From an uncultured Dehalococcoidales bacterium (GTDB lineage: Bacteria > Chloroflexota > Dehalococcoidia > Dehalococcoidales > UBA5627): DNA of 64,000 bases. Numbering within the stretch: the stretch's first letter is position 1; each line of letters opens with the position of its first letter. Where the stretch lies: NCBI GenBank assembly GCA_964399425.1, contig CAYNQR010000005.1:5883-69882 (forward strand). The letters are read 5' to 3'. Under the pieces are notes generated by a model. That model saw nothing but the letters and a program-made list of their open reading frames with translations, had not been told where the DNA came from and did no database searches. Below, piece after piece: positions 26,930 to 34,593 of this stretch. Made by a program: the position numbers and the translations under genes.

Positions 26930-28489
26930 TCACCTTTTATCAGGATCAACCTCACTCATTACACGTTTAACCACATCTATTGCTTCCCTGTTGCCCTTTA
27001 TGTACCGGTTGAGAGCATCATCAACTTCGGCTCTGGTGTATATACCATATTTACCCCTCAGATTAATAGAAAATTCTATTGAGTCGATAAATAGCTCGGC
27101 ATTCGAATATTTGTCTAAAAAACGCGTTTCATACGATATCCATTGAGGCCACACCAATTGCGACATGCCATGGACATAGTCTTCAAGGTTTTTAAATATC
27201 AAACGATATCCGTGTTTATCTGGAAAATCAAATGAGGGTGAACCCGGGTCAAGCAGTATCATTGGCCCGAAAGCATAACTAAAAGGCGCTTTATTATCAC
27301 TCCTGGAATTTGTTAGGCAAATAAGCTCCCAGAATTTCCAGGTTTTTTTAATAGTATCAGGGGTATCATTTGCCAGTGAAATCATTGTATGAATTCCTAA
27401 AGGAATATCATATTTCTTGCACAGCTTCGCAAAGTTTAAGATCTCATCATTTGTATAATCACGCCCATGGATTTTTCTTATGCTGTCTACTCCTGACTCA
27501 GGCGAGATGGTAATAACGATTGGTAAACCGCTTTTGGATAGTTTTTTCAAAAAATCTTCGCCTGCAGGGCGAAAAACTTCAATTGTTATTTCTTCCGGCT
27601 TAACTTTCAGGTTTTTTAAAGCAGTAATAAGCTTGCTTACATATTCATTGCCTCCCATATTGGGGTCTTGCGCAAGAAATACCATTCCGACTCCTTGACT
27701 GACAAGTTTTTCTATATCTTCAGCTATTTTAGCCGGACTTCGAAAAGCAGGTTTGTGCCTGCCCAGGTATTTCTTATAGCTGTAGGCTGACCCACCACAT
27801 GAGACGCAATTATGCAAACACCCACGGCAAACAGGTATAGTCCAATGAGGCGCCCAACCCGGTCCGAAGATGGCTCCTTTAGGTTCGATCAAATCAAAAC
27901 GTGTATATTCGAATTCGTCTAAATCTTTGACCGGTTCCATCAAAGGATTAATATTTGTTTTACCTGTAGTATGGCGAAAAGTAAGATTAGGGACATCTTC
28001 CAGGGTTTGATTGCCTTCGAGTGTTTTCATCAATTTTAAAAAAGGTTTTTCAGCTTCTCCGCGAATCACAATATCTACAAACTCACTTTTATGTATAATT
28101 TCCTCGTGGAAAACGGTAGCAGTCAATCCTCCCATAATAACAATGGCTTCCGGATGCAACTTCTTACATAGCCGCGCCAACTCAATAGCTCCCTGGCAAT
28201 GCACACACCAATTAAGACCAATGGCAAATATTTTGGCTGAGAGCCTGCTAATGTGTGCTTCAACATCAAAATCCAAGTCCTTTATCATCCGCTCGCCTAT
28301 ATTGTCGACAATAACTCTGTATCCGTTTTTGTCAAGATAATCGGCAATACTGAGCATACCAATCGGTGGGATTATAAATTGTTCGGTGCTTTCACATACC
28401 GTATGACCTATCGGACCGGGAAAAATCGGCTTCTTACGGAAATCATAAATTGCCGGCGGGTGTATTAATATAACATCATAATTATTCAT
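26930..28489 (-). CDS. B12-binding-domain radical SAM protein (class B type), paralogue 1
   Basis: YDVILIHPPA...PIGMLSIADYL and a radical SAM motif C-LHN-C-VS-C. Same architecture as the neighbouring paralogue. Confidence 0.75.
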   Translation of the reverse strand: MNNYDVILIHPPAIYDFRKKPIFPGPIGHTVCESTEQFIIPPIGMLSIADYLDKNGYRVIVDNIGERMIKDLDFDVEAHISRLSAKIFAIGLNWCVHCQGAIELARLCKKLHPEAIVIMGGLTATVFHEEIIHKSEFVDIVIRGEAEKPFLKLMKTLEGNQTLEDVPNLTFRHTTGKTNINPLMEPVKDLDEFEYTRFDLIEPKGAIFGPGWAPHWTIPVCRGCLHNCVSCGGSAYSYKKYLGRHKPAFRSPAKIAEDIEKLVSQGVGMVFLAQDPNMGGNEYVSKLITALKNLKVKPEEITIEVFRPAGEDFLKKLSKSGLPIVITISPESGVDSIRKIHGRDYTNDEILNFAKLCKKYDIPLGIHTMISLANDTPDTIKKTWKFWELICLTNSRSDNKAPFSYAFGPMILLDPGSPSFDFPDKHGYRLIFKNLEDYVHGMSQLVWPQWISYETRFLDKYSNAELFIDSIEFSINLRGKYGIYTRAEVDDALNRYIKGNREAIDVVKRVMSEVDPDKR

Positions 28490-28620
28490 AATTTTATTAC
28501 TCAGCTTTAATAGATACTTAAATAATTTATATAATAATATTAATACCAGCCTTAAGCAACACGAATAAGCTGAATTCAGCCAAATTATGGATTTGTACGC
28601 CTGTTCACTTCAAGAGTTTC

Positions 28621-28662
28621 AATGAGCCTCCGTCACCATTAGAACGGTGACGGAGGCTCATT
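28621..28662 (-). terminator. 17-bp perfect GC-rich hairpin downstream of the Mo-enzyme operon (no U-tract)
   Basis: AATGAGCCTCCGTCACC (28621-28637) pairs with GGTGACGGAGGCTCATT (28646-28662). It lies 18 nt past the stop of the 28680..29276 gene. No clear T-run follows on either strand. Confidence 0.4.
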
Positions 28663-28679
28663 TAGACAATTTCGTTTCT

Positions 28680-29276
28680 TTAGCGATCCTTGCCCACAAT
28701 CAAATTGCGAACTAAAGCAAGAACCAGAAGCAAAGCCCCAGCTGCACAAGCCAACCAGTATCCTATTAAAATATCCGATTGGCCACCGCTGGCCATTCCG
28801 CCTCCCAGATCAAGATAGAAGAAGCCCCGGAAAGGAGTATCAAAAAGTGCTGCCGTTTTTGTCGATATCATATATACAGCTGCCAGAGCAACGACAATAT
28901 ATGAAAAGCCTACAATTCCTATAATTAAATTAGGTACTCCGATTCTAAGCTTTCCTATTGTAAACCCTTTACTTTTAATAAACAGTCCAACTAGAATTGC
29001 CGCAACAGCTATTCCAAAATATACCCACATCACTGAAGTAAACCAAGCCGGCATATTCTGGGCTTCAACCTGGTTCGTAAAAATACCTATGGCTGCCGGA
29101 TCGTACCAAAGTCCATAGGGATAGACCTCAGCCACTACTTTCCTGAGCTCATAAATCTCGGTAAACCACCAGGGTTGAAGAAAACTGTACACCATTAAGC
29201 CCCCGGCCAGCAAAACCAGTACACGAAATATCCAGGATCTTACACCTCCTCCCAGGGAAAACCAATTACCTATCAT
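28680..29276 (-). CDS. integral membrane protein, putative anchor subunit of the Mo enzyme (no His residues)
   Basis: About 5 hydrophobic segments. No histidine in 198 aa, so heme b ligation is unlikely. It follows the FeS subunit gene after a 27-nt gap on the same strand. Confidence 0.55.
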   Translation of the reverse strand: MIGNWFSLGGGVRSWIFRVLVLLAGGLMVYSFLQPWWFTEIYELRKVVAEVYPYGLWYDPAAIGIFTNQVEAQNMPAWFTSVMWVYFGIAVAAILVGLFIKSKGFTIGKLRIGVPNLIIGIVGFSYIVVALAAVYMISTKTAALFDTPFRGFFYLDLGGGMASGGQSDILIGYWLACAAGALLLVLALVRNLIVGKDR

Positions 29277-29303
29277 ATATCACTCCTTTTCCAGAAAACA
29301 TAA

Positions 29304-30113
29304 CTAAGATAATGCTATCTCCCCGAGCCCGATATCCTTTTCAACCGTGCTTACTGACATCGTCTTGGTTTTGCCGTCTTTGCTGATTGTCAATGTGAAT
29401 TCAGCAGCCGGTAGATCATGGAACCAGAAATCACCGAAGTTATCGGTAGTGGCATTATAAGTGCTGCCTCCACCGGTAAGAGTGCAATTGGCCCCTATGA
29501 CAACTTCTTTTGCTCCGGGATCATAGACCAATCCGGCAACGAATCTTTTAGGTAAGCCCATGTAGTACACACGGGTATTGGGGGTGTCGCCGAAATCAGG
29601 CTTTAACCTTTCTGCGCTGGAAATAAGCCCACTGAGTTCAGACTGCTCACCAAATTTAATATTTTCGTGCGGACAGAAATCAGCACACCTCGGCTCTTTC
29701 CATTTATTATCCAGCAGATGTGCGCAGCCGGTGCATTTCTGCGCCAGGTGAAGAGCTGCGTTGTAGTAAATACTACCATAGGGACAGGTATTCAAACAGT
29801 TCTGGCATCCGGTGCATTTTGCCGGATCTATTATGACCAAGCCGTCACTTCGCTCATATATGGCACCATCTACTGGGCAAGCTGCTTTACAAGGAGCATT
29901 TTCGCAATGCTGGCAGGGCACAAACACATGGGATATCCTGACTTGAGGGATTTGCCCCCTCTCATAATAATTCAGTTTACCCCAAAACTGTCCTGTGTCC
30001 GGCTGCGGTTTAGCATAGGGCGACCAGTCATTGCCGCAATGCTCATCTTTGCAGGATATTTGGCAACCATAGCAACCACTACAGTGTGCGACATCTATAA
30101 CAAAAGCTTTCAT
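29304..30113 (-). CDS. 4Fe-4S ferredoxin-type beta subunit with C-terminal Ig/carboxypeptidase-regulatory-like domain
   Basis: Cys groups CSGCYGCQISC, CQHCENAPCKAACP, CTGCQNCLNTCP and CTGC...CADFCP. The C-terminal beta-rich domain (VVIGANCTLTGGGSTYNATTDNFGDFWFHDLPAAEFTLTISKDG) has the architecture known for the pyrogallol transhydroxylase small subunit. Confidence 0.75.
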   Translation of the reverse strand: MKAFVIDVAHCSGCYGCQISCKDEHCGNDWSPYAKPQPDTGQFWGKLNYYERGQIPQVRISHVFVPCQHCENAPCKAACPVDGAIYERSDGLVIIDPAKCTGCQNCLNTCPYGSIYYNAALHLAQKCTGCAHLLDNKWKEPRCADFCPHENIKFGEQSELSGLISSAERLKPDFGDTPNTRVYYMGLPKRFVAGLVYDPGAKEVVIGANCTLTGGGSTYNATTDNFGDFWFHDLPAAEFTLTISKDGKTKTMSVSTVEKDIGLGEIALS

Positions 30114-30117
30114 TTAA

Positions 30118-33072
30118 CTACTTACCTCCTTCAAGCCAGGCTTCCACAGTAAGACCGGCACCAGAATCATAACTCCTAGAGAACTCTTCGGGATATTTGC
30201 GTCGCATTTCCTCATATTCGTTTCCGCTCAGTTTTTCGACCGCAACCAAAAAACCGCTTGAGACCATACCGGTGCAATTCTTGGATAATCCGTTCTCCGG
30301 ACAAATAACGTTATTATCTCCTCCACGGTTTACCCATTTATGTTCTCTTTCCGCAAAATCATCATCATCGAATCCCAACATATCCAATCTTGCGCCATGA
30401 TCCTGATACACGGAACCTGGAATTATCCTCTCGGTCACATGTGCAGCGCCCCAGGTCGTTCCTCTTTCGTTGTGCATCTTGCAGATGTCCCCTGCCTGTA
30501 TTCCTCTTGCAGCAGCATCCGATGGATGTAGCCAGATCGGTTCATATAAATACCCGTCAGGACCTTTAACTTTGCAGGTCGGTATTTCTCTGAACCAGGT
30601 CACATCATCATACTGGTTGTGTACACGCCATCTGGGATGGTTAGATACTATTACCAATGGATACTTCCCGGCTCTTTCACTGACCTTGTAGTTCTCGTTA
30701 TGCCACCAACCTTCTTCAGGGGGACCACCCACAACATGATGCGGGAAGGGAGCTCTTTCACGATCATCCGGGAAGTGCTCAGCAAGCCTGGCTGAATAGA
30801 ACTCCAGCTTGCCGGAAGGTGTTTGCAGTGGATTCTTGCCGGGATCTTCATAGAACGGGCGCATCATGCGTGCTCTGGCAGGCCAGTCCTGGTTAATAGG
30901 AGCAGGTACATATTTCTTCTGCTTCAGATTATTAAAGCTGATATAATCACCGGCTCCAGACCTTTCAAAGCCGAACTCGAGCCATTCATCTACTGTTTTG
31001 CCTCCGGTAACGGCTTCTACCGAACCGGCATATCTTCCGCCATGTTCCTCCAGCTTCTTGGCAATCTCGATAGCTGCCTCATAATCACTCTTTGATTCAC
31101 CTATTGGTTCACAGCATTTATCCCACATAACTAACCCGGGTATTTCCGCACCTGCAGTAAGAATATCCGGTGTTTCTGCGGCAGTAGTAATCGGTAAAAG
31201 AATGTCAGCACAGGTTGCTTCATTCTCCATCCAGATTGCTTGTATGGCATAGCATTCGATCTTAGGATCTCTGATGGCATGCAGGAACTTGTAGCCATCA
31301 TTCCAACAAACACACATGCAGGCATAGTCTTGATAAATCATGTGGAATTGTCCGCCACCCTGCTCCGCAGGCCAGGGATACTCATATTTTACAAATTGTT
31401 CTGCAGTTGGACGTGCACGGGATGTAGAGCCCCACTGTTCGGTCTTCCCTTCCAGTATGGCTTTATGGATTAGCATCTTAGAAAAAAGCTGGAACGGCTT
31501 GTCTGCCATACCGTATCCGCCGCCTCTTTGTGCAGCCCCGGGAGAGAAACCTGGTCTTGCCGGAGGTCCTCCTGGAGTATCCATTTGTTGCCGGCCCGGT
31601 GCTCCCAGTCCCTGCATTCCCATAACAACACACATCCACCTTGACCATTCATGGGTATACGGTCCCCTGATAGCGGGGCCACCATTCCCAAGCGCCCAGC
31701 TGGTTCTCTTGGAAGCCCATTCCCTCGCCAATGCCTTAATCGTCCATTCCGATATTCCACACCATTCAGAAGCCCAGGCCGGACTCTTTACGACTCCGTC
31801 TGTTTCTCCCATTACGTATGGCTTGATATAGTCATCAAAACCTATTGAATGAGAGGCAATATAATCCTTATCGTATGAATCTTCTGTTATCCAGGTATGA
31901 ATGATGGCCATTGCCAGTGTCTCATCCTGGCAAGACATAATAGGAATCCATTTATCCGGATGTGCAGCATTCTGATAGTTCAAATCCGGTGCTATATGTA
32001 CGAATTTGATTCCAATATCCTGAAGCCACCGGCAATACTTGGTCGAAAAGTTTCCATTGGACTGCGATGTAGTTAACCAGTCTCCACCGGTTATTACCAG
32101 CATCTCGCAGTGCTCCGCTATTTCGATTTCTTTGTTTGAGTTGGGTTGGATTTTACCGTCCCCGGCATCGGAACCCCAGACATGTTTTGCACCCCAGTAG
32201 TGGCCTTCCCAGCTATCTGCATTTCTCTGTGAGATGGTATAACCTATCCTGTCCATGAACGGCGTGTGCATACCGCCGCCCCAGTTCTTGTGAATAGTTC
32301 CCATCTCCCGGTGAGCCGAATCTGATTTATTCAGTATTGCCATATCGCCATATTTTTCCCAGATTCTTACCATCTCGCCGGCAATTATATCTGTGGCTTC
32401 ATCCCAGGAAATCCTTTTGTACTTACTTATGCCGCGATTCTGAGGATTGATTTTTGCAGAGTCACCACCGGGTTCCCAGTCTACCCGTTTCATCGGATAG
32501 CGAACCCTGTTGGGAGAATAGATGCGTTTCTTGTAACCGAGTTGAAAGTAACTCTGCAAGGTTTTTTTGGGACACTCCAGTGTTTTGCCATGTGCTTCAT
32601 ACTTCCACTGGCTCACAGCCAGATCGGCTTCGGAATATTGTTCGGTATAGTGATATGGTCTGATCCTGACAATTTTACCGTTTTTACTGTCTACTGCAGT
32701 TATATATCGGTGATTCCCGGCAAGCGGTAATACATTGGTAGTAACCGGTTCCTGCCATGGCTCGACTCCACCACTGCCTGGCTGTGTCACTGTTTTAGTT
32801 TCGGTTACTGTAGCTCCACTGCCACCAACCGTCGTAGTCTCGGTAATGGTAACGGCTCCACTGCCGCCAACCGTAGTTGTAACCGTCTTTTCAACCGTCT
32901 TGGTAGTCGTAACAGTCTTAGTTTCGCCGCCGCTACAACTGGAAAGCAATCCTGCACCGACAGCTCCGCCGACAACTACTGTACCCGCACCGACAAGGAA
33001 ATCACGTCTGGATACGTCGCCAGATTGCTTTCCCTCTTCCGTTAAAGTTAATTTCTCTTTTTCTTTTTTCAA
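30118..33072 (-). CDS. molybdopterin oxidoreductase (DMSO reductase family), Tat-lipoprotein, pyrogallol transhydroxylase/resorcinol hydroxylase-like large subunit
   Basis: Twin-arginine SRRDFLVGAG followed by lipobox LLSSC, then a Thr-rich linker. No N-terminal CxxCxxxC FS0 motif. Blocks such as YPMKRVDWEPGG, RISWDEATDII, NADSWEGHYWG and TWITEDSYDKDYI recall transhydroxylase-type large subunits. The likely start is TTG 33072 (SD AGGAGA); the tracked ORF extends to 33114. Confidence 0.75.
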   Translation of the reverse strand: MKKEKEKLTLTEEGKQSGDVSRRDFLVGAGTVVVGGAVGAGLLSSCSGGETKTVTTTKTVEKTVTTTVGGSGAVTITETTTVGGSGATVTETKTVTQPGSGGVEPWQEPVTTNVLPLAGNHRYITAVDSKNGKIVRIRPYHYTEQYSEADLAVSQWKYEAHGKTLECPKKTLQSYFQLGYKKRIYSPNRVRYPMKRVDWEPGGDSAKINPQNRGISKYKRISWDEATDIIAGEMVRIWEKYGDMAILNKSDSAHREMGTIHKNWGGGMHTPFMDRIGYTISQRNADSWEGHYWGAKHVWGSDAGDGKIQPNSNKEIEIAEHCEMLVITGGDWLTTSQSNGNFSTKYCRWLQDIGIKFVHIAPDLNYQNAAHPDKWIPIMSCQDETLAMAIIHTWITEDSYDKDYIASHSIGFDDYIKPYVMGETDGVVKSPAWASEWCGISEWTIKALAREWASKRTSWALGNGGPAIRGPYTHEWSRWMCVVMGMQGLGAPGRQQMDTPGGPPARPGFSPGAAQRGGGYGMADKPFQLFSKMLIHKAILEGKTEQWGSTSRARPTAEQFVKYEYPWPAEQGGGQFHMIYQDYACMCVCWNDGYKFLHAIRDPKIECYAIQAIWMENEATCADILLPITTAAETPDILTAGAEIPGLVMWDKCCEPIGESKSDYEAAIEIAKKLEEHGGRYAGSVEAVTGGKTVDEWLEFGFERSGAGDYISFNNLKQKKYVPAPINQDWPARARMMRPFYEDPGKNPLQTPSGKLEFYSARLAEHFPDDRERAPFPHHVVGGPPEEGWWHNENYKVSERAGKYPLVIVSNHPRWRVHNQYDDVTWFREIPTCKVKGPDGYLYEPIWLHPSDAAARGIQAGDICKMHNERGTTWGAAHVTERIIPGSVYQDHGARLDMLGFDDDDFAEREHKWVNRGGDNNVICPENGLSKNCTGMVSSGFLVAVEKLSGNEYEEMRRKYPEEFSRSYDSGAGLTVEAWLEGGK

Positions 33073-33189
33073 TTTTTTATTTCTCCTTTCATAGATTCTA
33101 ATTAAATAACACAAGTTGTTTAATAGGCATCCCCTCCTTTTTGACTGCTGACATTGATATAAATATAATTTAACGATTAACCTCAGAAT

Positions 33190-33576
33190 TTAGTCATTAT
33201 TCGATTGGCTTTCCCATTTACTTCGTCTTATAATTGCCCTTAATCTTGCTGCAAATATATTTTTATTGAAAGGTTTTATAATAAAACTATTTGCGCCGGA
33301 ATCCAGAGCTCTTTCGAGTAACTGGATATCTCTGTCATGGGAAACAAATATTATTGGAATGTCGTTATCCTCCCTAATTTGCTTAACCAATTCACAACCT
33401 GACATATCAGATAATTTTAAGCCTATAATTATTGCTTCATGCACTTCATTACTTCTTATATCATTAAGACATTTTTTACCTGAAGAATAAATTTCTACTT
33501 TACAATCGTATTGAAATATTTCAATAGCCTGTTTTATATCATCGATAGCATTGGCGTCGGTATCCGCAATTATCAT
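33190..33576 (-). CDS. single-domain response regulator (CheY-like receiver)
   Basis: Receiver hallmarks: LSDMSG (phospho-Asp), FVSHD and IIKPF. No output domain. Confidence 0.75.
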   Translation of the reverse strand: MIIADTDANAIDDIKQAIEIFQYDCKVEIYSSGKKCLNDIRSNEVHEAIIIGLKLSDMSGCELVKQIREDNDIPIIFVSHDRDIQLLERALDSGANSFIIKPFNKNIFAARLRAIIRRSKWESQSNND

Positions 33577-33905
33577 AACAATCTATCCTTAAATTCATTT
33601 GCGTAATCTATCTATTTTTATATATAAACCTGATATATTCATCGTAATATAAATAAGATTTTTAAAAGCCGCAGATGTCTCTTTCAGGAAGGTTGAGAAG
33701 ACTAATTAATTGCTTGCTATACTATAATTCAATATAACAAATGTATATTAATAAACCTGTAAATATAGCCAGTTATTAATAACAATATAGAAATATATAT
33801 TAATATAATTGAAATAATTTGCAGGGAAATTTGAGATTCAAGCTGAATGGGAGAGGAATTGTTACAATGACTTATTTTATATTCTGAAATTAGTATTTTA
33901 AATTA

Positions 33906-34592
33906 TCAACTTTGTCCATTGGTATTAAAGTAATAACCGATACCGGATTTAGTAATAATCACGTTTTTGTTACCTGTGCGAGATTCTATTTTATTACGAA
34001 TACGTTGAATGTGCACCCTAAGTGCATTTTCCTCCCCGGGGTAATAGTTGCCCCAAATGTTGTTATATAGATTATTATAGGCGACCACATTCCCCTTGTT
34101 AATTAAAAGTAGATAAAGAATTTGGGATTCAATATTTGTCAGATATATTATTTTCTCTTCATATATTAATTGTCTCTTGGATAAACTGAAATTATATAGC
34201 CCGATTTTTAGATATTCCTGTTCATACAGGTTTGTTTTCTTCATAACATTGTTAACACGGGCGAGAAACTCAAGATGGCGGAATGGTTTGGAAATATAAT
34301 CATTTGCTCCTAATTCAAGTGCTTTAACAATATCACGTTCTTCTCCTCTAACTGTCAATACAATAACTGGTACATTAGAAAATAAACGCAACCTTCTTAA
34401 GACTTCAAATCCATCGATATCAGGTAATCCCAAATCAAGAATAACGAGGTCCGGATTTTCTTTTTCAGCAGTATCTAGCCCCTCTTCACCAAATTTAGAT
34501 GATAATAATAATATGTCTGGTCGGCTGACCTTAAATATCAAAGTAACAATCTCAATGGATCCGAGATCATCTTCAATTATTAAGACTTTCAT
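33906..34592 (-). CDS. OmpR/PhoB-family response regulator (pair 1)
   Basis: REC (IIEDD, ILDLGLPDIDG, SKPF) plus a winged-helix C-terminus (ALRVHIQRIRNKIE). Adjacent to the kinase gene, with a 1-nt gap. Confidence 0.85.
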   Translation of the reverse strand: MKVLIIEDDLGSIEIVTLIFKVSRPDILLLSSKFGEEGLDTAEKENPDLVILDLGLPDIDGFEVLRRLRLFSNVPVIVLTVRGEERDIVKALELGANDYISKPFRHLEFLARVNNVMKKTNLYEQEYLKIGLYNFSLSKRQLIYEEKIIYLTNIESQILYLLLINKGNVVAYNNLYNNIWGNYYPGEENALRVHIQRIRNKIESRTGNKNVIITKSGIGYYFNTNGQS

Positions 34593-34593
34593 T

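Noticed and set aside
28490-28620. Cobalamin riboswitch upstream of the B12-type radical SAM genes
   Set aside because: No B12-box-like sequence or extended structured leader is recognisable in the about 130 nt of AT-rich sequence.
30197-33094. Plus-strand ORFs (up to 163 aa) opposite the molybdoenzyme gene, including a Thr/Val/Pro-rich 119-aa ORF at 32735..33094
   Set aside because: They lie antisense to a 985-aa conserved coding region. The low-complexity ORF merely mirrors the Thr-rich linker codons.
33702-33721. Shared motif TATAGCAA-N2-AA..TTAA upstream of both regulated operons (33702-33721 on the minus strand, and 42636-42655 on the plus strand) as a possible common regulator-binding site
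   Set aside because: Only an 8-nt exact core is shared, and the rest aligns only with a 1-nt shift. In two roughly 350-nt AT-rich regions such a match is expected by chance.
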